Source: Lama guanicoe (lineage: Eukaryota). Taken from it: a stretch of 64,000 nucleotides of DNA. The notes beneath the pieces are model-generated. The model worked only from the letters and a program-made list of their open reading frames with translations, was not told the DNA's origin and made no database searches. The position numbers and the translations under genes were made by a program. Within the stretch, counting starts at the first letter, position 1; each line of letters begins with the position of its first letter. The DNA is taken from assembly GCA_013239625.1 (NCBI GenBank), contig MU053487.1, forward strand, positions 3,245,058 through 3,309,057, read 5' to 3'. Below, piece after piece: positions 35,790-49,800 of this stretch.

Positions 35790-38700
35790 TTTTTTTTTTT
35801 TTTTTGGTAAGCAATCCACGGAATTTACTCAGAGTTTCTCTCTCTCTCTCTCTGTACTGTACTCTTTGTGTACATGTGTGTATAGTTCTGTGCAGTTTTA
35901 TTACATGTATACCTTTGTGTAACTGTCCCTGAATTTGAGATACAGAACTGTATTCCACCACAGAGCCTCTGAGGCCACCCCTTTATAGTCATCCTAACCC
36001 CTCTACCCACATCCCTAATCCTGACAACACCAATCTGTTCTCTGTCTCTGTGATTTTTGTTATTTCAAGAGTGTTATATAAATGGAGTCATAAAATATGT
36101 AGCTTTTTGAGATTGGCTTTTTTCCCTCCATATAATACCAAGTAATTGTGCATATCAATAGTTCTTTTTTATTGCTGTGTAGTATTCCTCTGTGTGGATG
36201 TACTACAGTTTGTTTAACCATTCACTTGTTAAAGGATATTTGGATAGTTTTCCAGTTTTTAGCTATTATGAATAAAGCTGCTGTGAATATTCATATACAA
36301 GGTTCTGTGTGAACATATGTTTTTGCTTTACTCAGATAAATACCCAGGCATACAAATGCTGAGTTGCACAAGTCCATTTTTAGTTTTAAAAGAAATGGCC
36401 AAACTGTTTTCCAGAGAGGCTGTACCATAATTTATATTCCCACCTGCAGTGTGTGAGTGATCCAGTTTTACCACATCCTTACCAGCATTTGGTGTTATCA
36501 CTTTTTTTTTTTTCTTTCTAGCCATTCTGGTAAGTAATACCATTTCCACTGAATTGCTTTGTCAGAAATCACTGGGGCACGTTTTTGTGACCATCTATTT
36601 TTGGGTTTTTCTATTCTGTTATGTGTGTGTATATGTGAGTCTCTCTGTCTGTCCCTCTGCCAATATCACACTGTCTTGATTACTGTAATTATATAATAAG
36701 CCTTTCAATTGGATAGCATGAATCCTTCAACTTTTTCTTCTTAACTATTGTGTTGATTACCATCTTTCATTTTATATAATCTTTAGAGTAAGCTTGTCTG
36801 TGTTTATAAAATACTTTGCCAGGATTTTGATTGGAATTGCATTAAACCTATATGTAGTCAATCTGAGGAGTAACGACGTCTTTACTACGTTGAGTTTTCT
36901 AATCCATGAACATGGTGAGTCTCTTCATTATTTAGGTCTTTTTTGTTTTATTTCTTTGGTATTTTGTAGTTCTCAGCATACAGATCCTGCTCATATTCTA
37001 TTGCATTTATACCGAAATATGTCATTTGGAGGGAGCAATTGTAAATAATACTGTGTTTAAAAAATTTTTTTTCCTAATGGAGGTACTGGGAATTAAATCC
37101 AGCAGCTCACACATGCTAAGCAGTCTCTTTACCACTGACCTATAACCCCACCCCCAGTGATGTTTTAAAATTCTGGTTTCTACTTGTTTGTTGTTAGTAT
37201 ATAGAAATGTAATTGGTTTTTGTGTGTTGATCTTTTATCTTGCAACCTTGCTAAACTCTCTTATTAGTTCTATTAGAACTTATTAGAGCTTTTCTTACAG
37301 ATTCCTTGAGATTTTCTTTATAGGCACTCATGACATCTACAAACAGGGACAGTTTTATTTCTTCTTTTCCAAGCTGGATGTCTTTTATTTCTTATTCTTG
37401 CTTTATTATGTTGTCTAGGACTTCCAGTACTATGTTGAATAAAAGTGATGAGAATGAACATCCTTTTCTTTTCCCCAGTCTTAGGTGGAAGGCAGTCTTT
37501 CACAATTAACTATGATGTTAGCTATAGGTTTTTGGTAGATATTCTTTATGAGGTTGAGGAAGTTCCCCTCATCCTAGGTTGCTGAGAGTTTTTTGGTTTT
37601 TTTTTTTAATCATAAATGGTGTTGGATTTTTTTAAAATGTTTTTCTATATTCAGTTGATACAATCATGATTTTTCTTCTTTAGCCTATTCATATAGTGTA
37701 TTACATTGATTTTTTTTCTTATTAATATTGTACCAGCCTTGCATACCTGAAATACATACTACTTGATTGTGGTATATTACCTTTTGCTGGATTCAATTGG
37801 TAACTGTTTTGTTAAGGATTTTGCAGCAAGTTCATGAGAAATATTGATTTGTAGGTCTTTTGCTTTTTTTTTTTTTCTTTTTGATGTCTTTGTTTGGTTT
37901 TGGTGTTGGTAATACTGGCTTCATGAAATGAGTTGAGATGTGTTCCTGCTTCTTTCATTTCTGGAAAACATTGTGTAAAATGGCTGTTAATACTTTTTTA
38001 ATGTTTGGTAAAATTCTTCAGTGAAACCGTCTGGGCCTGGGGATTTTTTCAATAACTTTTAAATTATAAATTTGATTTCTTTAATAGTTGTAGGATTATT
38101 CTGGTTATCTACTTTATCTTGGCTGAGTTTTAGTAGTTAGTTGTTTAACTGATCCATTTTTCCTAAATTGTTGAATAGTGAGCAAAAGTTGTTTGTAGTA
38201 TTCCCTGTTTTAAAAAGATCAAGATATGTCACATAACATAAAATTGACCTTTTTTAACCTTTCCCCAAAATTAACCATTTTTGAAGTGTATAATTCAGTA
38301 GTTAATTTTTAGTACATTCACAGTGTTTTGCAGCCATTGTCATTGTCTAACTCCAGAGCATTCTCCTCACCCTGGAAAGAAATCCTTTACCCATTAAGCA
38401 GTAACCTTGCGTTCTCCTCTTCTCCCGGCCCCTGGTAGCCACTAATCTGTTTTCTGTGTCTGTGGATATGCCTATTCTGGACATTTCATATTTATGGAGT
38501 CATGCAGTATATGTGATCTTTTGTGATTGATTTCTTCCTGAGGTGTAATGTTTTCAAAGTTCATCCATGTTGTTGCGTGTATCAGTGATTACTCTTTGGC
38601 TCATGGCTCCATTGCTATGACCACTGCTTTCATTGTCTCATCTTCTCTGACTCTGACCCTCCTGCCTCTCTTTTATAAAGACCCTCATAATTACATTGGG

Positions 38701-39400
38701 CCTAACTAGATAATCCAGGATAATCTTTTCACCATCTATATTTTAATTTAATAGCATGTGCCAAGCCTTTTTGCTGTATATGGTGACACTCACAGGTCTG
38801 AAGGATTAGGACAGGGACATCTTGGGGGTGAGGGTGTGTTAGTCTAACTACCATGTGGGCTTCAGAGCTTTTATTATTATCCCACTTCTCCCTGAGGCTC
38901 TGTTCTTTTTTTTTTCAGTCTGTTTTCTCTTTGTTGTTTAGATTGAGTAAGCTATTGATCATATCCTCAAGTTCACTGAATTTATTCTCTGTCACTTCTA
39001 ATTTTCTATTGAGGTTCCCCAGCAAGTGTTTTGGAAAGTGTATGTTTCAGTTGTATAATTTCCACATGACACTTTTTAAAATAACCTCTAGTTCTTTGTT
39101 GAAATTTTTCTATATTTAAACTTAACTGTTTGTTGAAACATTTTTATGATGCCTACTTTAAAATTCTTGTTGGATAATTCCAGCATGTGGTTCATTTTGG
39201 TGTTTGTATCAATGTGATTGCTTTTTCTCATGCAAGTGTGTTTTTCCTAGTTCTTGGTATGACATGTGATTTTCTTTTTAAAATTACATCCTGGACATTT
39301 AGGATATTAATGTTAGGAGACTCCTGATCCTATTTAAAATTTCTATTTTAGTAGGCTGCTTAGGCCTACTTTTGTGAGCTAGGTAATTCCTATGATAACT
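35790..39400 (-). mobile_element. Composite old L1 block (L1MC/MD/MB 3' UTR, ORF2 and ORF1 remnants) with inserted SINE and MLT1 piece
   Basis: Antisense ORF2 signatures (GGATTTTGATTGGAATTGCATTAAA, AGGACTTCCAGTACTATGTTGAATA, GTGAAACCGTCTGGGCCTGG). MLT1-like piece at ~38590-38850. Confidence 0.8.
37064..37156 (-). mobile_element. Camelid tRNA-derived SINE, diverged
   Basis: TGGAGGTACTGGGAATTAAATCCAG...CATGCTAAGCAG...TACCACTGACCTATAACCCC. Confidence 0.75.
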
Positions 39401-39715
39401 TAATTTTCAGAGCTCTAGTGGTACTCTTCTCTTCTGCTTTATTCTTCTGGCACAGCGAAGGCTGACTGGTGGGTGTGGGTCCACCCCTTGCCTCACCATG
39501 GGCAGATTGGCTGAAAATTGCCCCGGGTATGGGGCAGGGACCTAGTTGCCCCTTTGGTGAATCTGGCTTCCTGCTGTCTGGGTGCGGGGGTGGAGATGTG
39601 CTGATGCTGTGGTGGGTTGGGTGGAGTGTCCTGTAGCAACTGGGGAATCTAGCTTCTAGGTCGCTTCTGAGCTTCCCCTTCACAGTCCTTTGGTTCAAAA
39701 GAAGGATTTGTCTCA

Positions 39716-39716
<1 letters not shown>

Positions 39717-39745
<29 letters not shown>
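39717..39745. repeat. (TGTC)n microsatellite
   Basis: About 7 tandem TGTC units. Confidence 0.9.
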
Positions 39746-39749
<4 letters not shown>

Positions 39750-40213
39750 CCTGTTGGTGGTTCTGGGAGGCAGGCTCTTCTGGTGCCCACTCATGGATAT
39801 GTAGGTCAGAGACCCCGTGAGCTCACAGGGGGGTCTCCTCACATTCTGAGGTTCCTAGCCAGACAACCTTCTTTCTATCTTTCAGAGTCATTTTATGATT
39901 GTTCAGTTATTTCTGGGGTATTTCATTGTATTTGGAGAAAAGCACGGAAATGTGAGCCTCTGCTATCATATTCTAGAATTTCTAGAATGCTGTCAGTTTT
40001 AATTTGTGTATGTGTGTGTGCTGGTATTTATTGGCAATTCTATGAGATGGTCGAGGTATTTGCTTCTTAATTTTTTGAGTGTTTCTCTGCATCTGTTGTT
40101 GCATGTAGAAATAAGTTAAGAATTTTTCTCTTGTTTAAATTTTGTAAGAATTAGAAATGTCTTGTTTTTATCTACCCATCTATTTATCTACTCATCTATA
40201 TGTCTATCTTTAG

Positions 40214-40326
40214 GGAGTGGAGCAACAGCTGTGGTCCAAGCAGCATATTGTATCCCTAAAAAGGAGAAAGTGGCAATCAAACGGATAAACCTCGAGAAAT
40301 GTCAAACTAGCATGGATGAACTCCTG
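40214..40326 (+). CDS. OXSR1: OXSR1 exon 2 (113 nt; Gly-rich loop and VAIK lysine)
   Basis: TTTAG| acceptor. [47 protein letters not shown] donor. Confidence 0.97.
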
Positions 40327-41656
40327 GTATGCACTTCTCATATTTCTTGTTATATTCATGTTAGAGTGGGAAATAACTTGAACTTTTGGTGACTTTTTTA
40401 TAAAAAGGTTTGTAATTTCTTCATTAACAGATAATGCTTACTGTAAAATTTATAAAATCCAGGTAAGTAGAGAGAAAAAGATTAGTTATAATCTCATTCC
40501 AAAATTGAAATTTGCTATATGTGTACATCTAAACATCTGTTTTTATGATAATGTAATCATACAATTGTTCTTTTCATTGAAAAATGTATCATAGAGTTGT
40601 TTCTATGCCTATGAATATGAATTAATGTGGTTTTTAATATGTGTGTAGTATTTTGTTGAATATTTTTATTAAACCTCTTCTCTGGTATTGGACGATTTTT
40701 GTTTCCTCTTTATTGTTATAAACAATGCTTACTTGCTTCTTTCTTTTCTTAAAATAGTATTAAACAGTTGTGATTTCTGGGTCAAATGGAATGGCCTTCT
40801 GGGAACAAGGTGTCAGTCTGCCCTCTGACCATTGATGCAAGATGAGAGACAGAATGACCCCCAGGCAGCATTGGCTTCTCCAAAGCCTAGGGAAAGGGAG
40901 AAGAAAGGGGGTCCTGAGGATCTGTGGCTGCATGTGGTGCTGTGTGGCATTGAAAGCTCGTTCCCCAGGGCTGTCTGTACTTCTTTTATGTGCCACGATA
41001 CCTAGAGCAGTTTTAAGTGTGTAGTAAGTGCTCAGCAAGGGAAATGAGACAGTTTTTCAAATCATTTAACTTTTTAAATCTTCAGCTTCTTTGGCTTAAA
41101 ATGGAAATAATACCTGCTTTGTGTACCTCATGAAGTTTTTCTTGAAGATCAAATGATACAGTACTTGAAAACTATAAACTGCCACACAAATAGGAACTAA
41201 GATTGTAATGTTGTTAAGTGGTTTCTCTAAGATCAAGTACAGCTATTAGAGGAAAGGCAAGAACCAGGCCTCGGGTGATCTCACAGTCTGGTGTTTCTTC
41301 CAGGGTCCCAGATTGGATTTAATTTCTGGTGTAGTTTGTACTGAGTATTAGGGAATAATTGGAATAACAGGAAAAGAGAGTAGAATTATATATTGAACTT
41401 TCAGCAGAGGAGACAAATGTGTTTCTTCAGGAGTTGGTAATGCAGAAGCAGAAGCAGAAGAATTGGGTTGCTGGAGTGATTTTGAGCCATCTTTGGTGAG
41501 AGAACACATACTTGGAAGGAGATGCTGACTGACATACTATGTGATGATCTTGAATTTACAGATACCAGCAATACCTTAGAGCACCATTTAGGCATGTGAA
41601 CTGCAGTGATCATAAAAGAAGTCTAAATTGTAGACTAATTCTGTTAAAGAAAAACA

Positions 41657-41687
<31 letters not shown>

Positions 41688-41767
41688 AATAAAGGTACTG
41701 AGGATTGAACCCAAGACCTTGTGCATCCTAGGCATGCACTCTACCACTGAGCTATGCCCCCCGCCCC
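41657..41767 (-). mobile_element. Camelid SINE with (CA)n microsatellite tail and 9-bp TSD
   Basis: (GT)n at 41657-41684, then GGTACTGAGGATTGAACCCAAGACC...CTACCACTGAGCTATG. AGAAAAACA at 41648-41656 and 41768-41776. Confidence 0.9.
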
Positions 41768-44700
41768 AGAAAAACAATATTTTTAATCTATAAATTAAGA
41801 CTGGAATTTGAGAAGCACAATATGAATTCTTATCATCTGCTAGTTATTTTATGTAATTCATAATAGTGGATAGTGTAAAGATAAGTGAAAGTCTTATTTA
41901 TTACTTTATGACTACAGAAACTGAGGCTCAAAGTTTAAATAACTTGACTAAGGTCATGTGATGATAATAGCAAACGTCTCTTTGGTGCTAGGCACCAGAG
42001 TGTACTGGAACCCCATAAACGTCTCTGTGAGATAGGCAGTAGCTCCCTTTTGTAGATAAGGGAAGTAAATCATGGTAAGTAACCAAGTCTGGAGTAAAAA
42101 TTAGGTTTTTCTGGACTCAGGTCTGTTATTTTCTACTTCATATAATACTAACAAAATGATTATATTCTTCAAAAAGTTCAAAACTAAAATATGTGACATT
42201 CTTGAAAGTAATATGTGTGTTATTACACTAGGGTCTTTTAGAGGAATGCAAATTTGATATAGCTTAGTAAAGGGAAAAAAATTGGTTAGATATCCATAAA
42301 ATTTGCCCACATGTTCCAGTAAGTTTTACATTGCAAATGTATTATTTGTTTGTCCAATAGTTAAAAAAAAAAGTAAAGGTGGAGGAAAGTGGTTTATTTG
42401 TAGATCAAATTTAAGATAATTGGTTTGTTTTTTGGTCTGAACACAGGTAAGATTCCACTCAACCCTGAAGAAACTTCAGGAATATAAAGAATGCCTGATC
42501 TGTTTGTGGTGTTTGTGATGGTGTCAGGAACTGAGAGCTGAGTGCCAAGGGCTGTTTCTAAGAGATGTGAAGTCCTTCAGTTTACCTTAAAAAATCTATT
42601 AGATCAACATACTAAACTTTTGATGTTGTGATTTAAAAATTTATTTTCAAAACTGCCTGATTAAAATGCGGAAAGAGTGCTCTGGGTTCTCCAGAGAGTG
42701 CTGATGTAAACCGATTACAGGTGTGTGTTGTGTGTGACACTCAGTGGTGAGGAGGGGGTGTGTTTGCTCCTTTCTCTTGTCAAAATGTTTTCTCGTCTGA
42801 CATCCTTTGCTAAGTGTGATGGGAAAATCAGCTGTCAAAGCTTACTACATTTATTTTCTCCAGAGACTTTACTCACAGACTTTTCTCTAAGAAGAGCACA
42901 CAAAGCAGTATATGGAGATTTTTCTCTTCTCTAGTACATGCTAGGATAGGATTCACTGGACAGACATCTGAGGGGACCATTAAGAGACTTAAAACGTCTT
43001 TTCTTCTACCAGGAGGCTCACGATCTATGCCTGCTGTACAAGGCAGAGTGTGACATATGCCTAGAAAAGGTATCGAGTCCCATGTTGGAGTACAAGGAAG
43101 AAGATGGGGGCCTTTGTGGAGATGTTTGTGTCCTGGACCACCAGGGCTGGGGAGACTATGAAGAGGCAGAGATGAAGACACTGCCAGGCAGGGGTTTAGA
43201 ACCAGCAAAGAGTAACATATTCATTTATATGTATAAAGGAATGTTATATATTCATATTATGACTGTATACGATATATAATATTACATATTTATTATTATA
43301 TATTAGTGTAACTGAAACAACATTTTCATAAAACAGTTCTTAATTATGTGGAAAGCACTCTGATTTTTCTATTCTATTTCTTCTTATTTGTTTGTCTTTA
43401 ATGTGATCCACTAAATTTATTTCATGACCTGTATGAGTTGCAGCCCATAGGTTGAGGAACACCAGGCTACACAAAGAAATTTTGAGACCCTAAGTTTAGG
43501 CAGTGACACTTACAATGGAAAGGAAGACACAGATTCCCTAGGCATTTTATAGATGGAGAAATTGTTACTGGTAGACTGAGCACTCCTTGAGGGCAGGGAC
43601 TTTGTTTTGTTCACTCTGAATGAATGAATGAATGAATGAGTGAATAAACTAACATTCCTTGGGGACTGACTGAATTGTGTGAAGTAGAGGAAAACCACCC
43701 ATGTTGGAGTAATTAGAAAACCAGAGAGTAAATAGAAGAAATCAAGATAAGTGAGTTTCTAGAAGGAATGCACAGTCATCACTAAAATATTGCTTCAGGT
43801 GGAGAACTGAAAATTCCAAACTAAAGATCTGGCATTAGCAGACAATAGAGGGCTTTTCAAGAAGGAGTGGAGTCACTTAACAAATGTTGAGGAAGCTGCT
43901 GGGAAATTTGAGTCAGAATGAATATACTGCTCTTGCAAAGCACTTCATATATATATATATATATTTTTTTTTTTTTCTTTTTGAAAGGAAAGGGAAAAGG
44001 GTAATTCTGCTGGGAGTTAAGATAAAGGAAGTTTACTCCTCTCCATTTAAAGGGGTAGAAGAGAAGAGAAGGAATATTTAAGGCCCTTTTAATCTTTAAG
44101 TTTTATGGTTCTCCTGACAGTCTTCTTTTAGAAAACCCTTTGTAGTACCCTTTTCTCAGAGTAAAGCTCAAAATGTGTAGCTGAACATTTAAGACCTTGG
44201 GTGATCTGACCTCAGCTCTGCGTTAATTGTCACTCTCCTGTGTGATTTCTCTCTCTTTCACCTCTCACATCCAGTTAGTCACCAGGTCCTCTTGTTTGCA
44301 CCTCGATAGTATTATCTCTTGACTCCTCCCTTTCTTTTCATTCATATTGTCACTAGTTTTTTTAAATTTCTATTTAATGATACTTTTAAACTTATGAAAG
44401 AGTTGCAGGAGCAGTACGAAAAGTTCCCGTATGCTATTCACCCAACATCTCCTAAGAGTAACATAACCATAGTACAATTTTCAAAACTGAGAAATTAGCT
44501 TTTTATTATTTTTCAGGCCATGATCATCTCACCCAGATCGTGGCAACAATGTTAAACAGAGTCTTTCCGCTTAGTGCTGCCTTGTCTCGTGTGTTTTCCG
44601 CATCGCAGCCGGAGTGACTTCTGTGATAGAACAAATACAGTTCAACATTTGATGCCTTTCCATTCCTGTTAGGGTGAGGCCTAAATTCTTGAACACTGTT

Positions 44701-46733
44701 ACAGTGACATGGTCCCATGTAATTAAACAATCAAAACCCATAAAAACGTACTTATCTTTCCTATTTCAGTGTCAATGTAGTAAAACTTCTTAAAGGAAGC
44801 CATCCCTGATTGTCACTCCTATTTTTTGATACTTTACCTCTCCAATGAAATTGTGTAGTATCTAGTATCAAACTTTTTATTAATCTGTGTTGTAAATTAG
44901 TATGTGTCTGACATCTTCACCAGGCTATAAGTTTCATGAGGGTTTACTGTTGTGGTCAAGCACTTAGCACTGTGCCTGGCACATTGTAGGCACTTGGTAA
45001 GTTTCTGTTGAAAGCATGAACTGCTTACCTTAGACAGGTTTACTCCTGTGTCCTAGAATCTGTCTTGTGTATTTCATCCTTTTTTTTGTTAATTATATGT
45101 GCCTCTTACCTTATACTGCTGTAATATCCCACATCCTGCTGAATTAAACACAGTTCCCACCTCCTCTGTGAAGACTTCTTGCCTACCTTAGTTGTTTCTT
45201 CCTATGGATTCTTGTAACATTTACTATTTTTACTGCTCATTTGGCACGTATATGCTGTGCTGTATATTCCCTCTCGTATGTACATATCTTATCTTTTCAA
45301 ATCCTGTGTAACTATGTCAATAGGCAGGTGCTTACTTTAGTTCCTTTTTCTTTATCCTTCATGTTTACTTAGTTTTTAGTACAGACTGTGCTAGTGACTT
45401 AGTTGGTAGCAAAAATGCACACAGCAAAGTCCTTGCCATAAAAGAATTTACATTCCAGTAGAGAAGATGAGAGGAGGAAAACTAACATTTATTGAACATT
45501 TCTTAGAAATCAGGGATAATGGACAACTTTTATTCAATTGATCTTAGTGAACAAATACCAAGAGCATAGGGCAAATACATCAAGGGGTAAAAAGCTTTAT
45601 AAAGTACTGTAGGGTTTCATTAATTCAACAGATATTTACTGAGGGTATACTATGTGCCAGGCACAATGATACGTACCAGTAATACAGGGTCTCAGCTCTC
45701 ATTGCACTTACAGTTTGTGAGGGATACAGAAAGTCAGTAGGCAGTTCCAGTATAGTATGATTATTTCCACTCTGTGTAGGAATCAAGTTTTAAGTACTTG
45801 CCTACTTGGAGCTCTCAATCTGGCAGGGAAGGACAGACAGGTAAGCACCTTACTGTCCAGTACACGTGTGCCGTCAGGTAGGGAGATATGCAGGGAGCTT
45901 GGAATCCAAGAGAAGGGAAAGCTAACTTCACCTGGGGAGCTGGAATAAATGGTATTTTGGCTGAAATCAGAAGGGGGGAATTGGTATTTTTAGTCAGGTG
46001 AAAATGAGGGAAATGTACTTGAGTCCGAGGGAACAATAGGATTAGATGTCCATGGTTAGGAGAGGCTCACTTGAAGTCACTGTGGCAGGATCATGGGACC
46101 GGGGTGTGTCGGGGGTAGGGTCAGTGACAGACAGTAGGAATGAGGGAGAGGTAAGTGGGACCCTGATCACACAGGGCCTTTCTAAGGCATTTATCACACC
46201 AAATCTAGTTTAAATTTGTTAACTGACATAGTGTACATAAACGTGCTTTTGGCTCACATTTCTACTTTGGATTTCATTTGTGGACTTTTTAAAGTGAGTA
46301 TTATTAATCATTTCATAAAAATGAGATGAAATAATATTTAGGGGGAAAAAACCAACCAACAAACAAAAAATCACCCTCTGTTTATTAGTAATTACCCTCT
46401 GTGACTGTAAAACCAGATTTTCCAAGATGGTTCTTCAAGGGCACCTTGAAGTAAAAATATGTGTCCTAGTGGAGGCCCCTGTGGTGCTGCGCCGGGGTGT
46501 GATAAACAGTGCATGTTTCTAGTTTCAGAGGTTGCTAGTGTAGTGAATGGACGGCTAGAGTCAGAATAGACTGAGGGGAACCAAGTGGTTTTTTGGTTTA
46601 ACCATTCTTGAGGAGGTCAGGGCCATGGAAATTCCAGAAAGGTTGCAACATAGTCTTGGCATTCCCAAATCAGGACTTTAGTGTTGTTTTAGGCTTGCAC
46701 ATAACAAATTACCATGTTTTCTCTTCTTTGTAG

Positions 46734-46842
46734 AAAGAAATTCAAGCCATGAGTCAGTGCCATCATCCCAATATTGTGTCTTACTACACATCTTTTGTGG
46801 TAAAAGATGAGCTGTGGCTAGTCATGAAGCTGCTAAGTGGAG
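46734..46842 (+). CDS. OXSR1: OXSR1 exon 3 (109 nt)
   Basis: TTTGTAG| acceptor. [36 protein letters not shown](G). GAG|GTGAGT donor. Confidence 0.97.
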
Positions 46843-49800
46843 GTGAGTACAAGGAAATGTCGGCTTCCGTGGTTTGGAAAGTTCATACAGATATTCTTTT
46901 CTGTCCTGGTTTGGTTTTCATGGCCATTTGCTACTGAGGAGACACTGAGAATACAGTATCTGCTAATGATACTGGTGTGCGAGCTGAGACAAGTTTCACA
47001 CAGTGCATTTGGTTGGCATGACTTTCCAGTTGCTCTTAATCTAGGAGGGTTCCCTCCCACTTCCTCTCTTCCATGCTACACACTTGTTGAAGGTTCTGGT
47101 CGGAAAGTGTCTATCTTGTAGAATGTCCCACATTCTGGGTTTATCTGGTTATTTCTTCCAAGTGATGCTTAACTTGATGTATATTCCTTTATTTACTACA
47201 AATTGAGAATTATGCCTCAAGGCTTATTTGGACAGAATATTTTGTAAGTGATGCTGTGTACCTCATAGTGCATCACAGCAGCAAGTAGTATTTGCTATGT
47301 GGTTGTATCTTTAATGATGATGTTAATTTTGGTTGCTTAAGATTATGACGGCCAAGCCTCCCCATAGAAAAGTTAGCTTTATTTCCCTCTGCAGCTAGCA
47401 AGTGATCTGTGGGATGATACTTTGGCACTGTGAATCCAGTTCCCCAAAAGTCTTTTGTCTCAGGATTTTTAGCATCCATTGACAATTGTTTGAATCAGTT
47501 ATTTTGTCAGAGGTTGCAGAATGGTAATTTTTCTTATTGCATCTTTTTTTTTTTAAACTGGCATTCTTTTCTGAAAAGGAACTTTTTTCCCTTATTAACT
47601 GGGGCTTTTGATTAATTTATACTATAGTTCCTACCAAAAAGGCAGGATAAATAATTATTTTTTTAAGGACCAATTTTCAGAGTGAAGAGTTAGCTTAAAA
47701 ATTACTGCCAGTGGTAGCAAATGAGAGGGTGTTTATTTTCCCCCTTTTTTCCCATTGAGTGAGGCTTTCATTTTTTTGAAATATCATTATATAGACTCAA
47801 GGATTTTTATGTATTCAGTGTCTTTCAATCAATTATAATCTATTCTTTTTGATGCTCGGGTTATCCAAAATTTTGCCAATGGGAGTCCCTTCAAGCTGAC
47901 TCTCTTGTCCTTTTTACATGAATCCTTCAATCTGTGGTAGCTTCCTTAGTTTTTGGTTCAAGATTTCCTAGACTCACATTTATATTGCTTTCCTCAGACC
48001 CAGAATTAGCCAATACTCTGAGGATCTCTGATCCTTTTTATGGGAAATGGTATTTAGAAAGTATAACTTGGATGCTTGGGATGCTCGTCGTTACTACTTC
48101 TTCATTGCTTTGAATTGAAAGAGCTTAGAAATACAGCATATTAAAAATAAATCATGATTTAACATTAATATTTCCAATTTAAGTTTAATGTTACAGATTT
48201 TGAATCTCTTTTCTCTTACACAGAAAATTTTGGTCCCCCCATTTTAACATAATTAATATTGTACTTTATCCTGCAGTATTATATTTACAGTTATGTCTGC
48301 TTTAGTCCTTAGAGTAAAATGCAACTATTGCTCGTTGAAAACAGTGGGCCCTTGATATGTACAGATTGAAGATTTTGTTATGGTTACCTGAAGGCCCATG
48401 CCATGTAGTAGATTAGACATTTTGCCACAGCATGGATTTGAGTCACGTGGCAAGATGGAGGGGACGAGCGAGTGATGGAGCTGCCTGACTTTCCCATCAC
48501 TGCGCTGCTTGTTTGCATATCTATTTTGTGTGGGAGCATGAGTTTCCATTTTGGATTGTAGGGTTACAGAAAAGATCATTTGTGTTTGTTTGCCATTTCA
48601 GTACCATTGCTCATTGAACATGTTACTTCCCCAGAGAGGCTTTAAAGGAGAGTCTTTAGGCTTTAGAATTAAATTGCAGGTTTCCTACTTAGCAGTTGTG
48701 TCATTGGGCAAACTCTTTGAACCTATTTACTTGTCTGTTAAGAGGGGATACCTTTTTACATTTCGGAGTATTGGGGAGGAGTAAACGAGATGAATATGTA
48801 AAGCATCCACCACTGTGCTGACGTGTAGCAGGTGCACAAGAAATTTTAGTCACTAATACTAATAATCCCTTGTTATTTGATGCTTTTCAGTGTAGCCAGA
48901 ATCACCTTTTTGTTTCAATCCCATTAGTGACACACTGGAGAAACTGGATTGCTTTGTTAAAAGCCCTGTTCATATGATGGTTGGAAGCCTTGCTAACACC
49001 AACCACCTTTCAAGATGGTGGTCAAGCATGGTTCTTTCAGTATGGACAGATATGGGAATATTAGGTAATACTGTATCTTTCATTACTGATCACCTATAGC
49101 ATAATTTTCTTTACTTGTAATTTACAAAAATGTGTAATACAACCTTTTTAATGTTTTGCTAAAAAGTCCTCTGATAAATAGGAATAAATTGTCTGCTTAA
49201 TTCTCTCATCCATAGCTGTATGCCAGCCCATTCCTTCTGCTACTCCTAAGCAGAATGCCTTAAAAAAAAATTTTTTTTTTAAAGAATCCCTGTTCCTCTC
49301 TTAGTCAGTATATGTCCTGACCACAGAAAGGGCAGGATATGTAGCTGGGTGGGATGTCTTTTCAACGTAACTGTCTGTTCCTCCTGGTCTTAAGTTTCCT
49401 GTGGTGGTGCCCGATTTTTCCAGCATAGTATTCAGCAGATTTTCTGGAGGATAATTTCCAAACATGTTCCAGGCACTAATTCTTTTTGTAATTACTTAAA
49501 ATTTTATGAGTCAACATAATCTTTAATCTAAATGTTTATTTTTAAAATATTAAAAATAATGCATCTTTTTAGGAAAATTAATTTTTTATAGTTATTAAAG
49601 TGAATACACATTTAAACTGAAGAGAGATATTAAGCAGTATTTAGAAGATCAAAGGTAGAACTAAGCACAACTTAAACCTTTTTTTTTTTAATAGGAGGAA
49701 ACTGTCAGGATAGCTCAATTAAAATGCCTTTCATCAAATACTTACCAATTATCAGTACATTGGTGAATCATACTGTTGATTCCTTGCTCTAATGGGCCTT

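Noticed and set aside
39971..39987. TTCTAGAATTTCTAGAA as a heat-shock element
   Set aside because: GAA-to-TTC spacing is 1 nt rather than the 2 needed for a contiguous nGAAn array.
49259..49284. A9/T10 near-palindrome
   Set aside because: Simple homopolymer juxtaposition, common in AT-rich introns.
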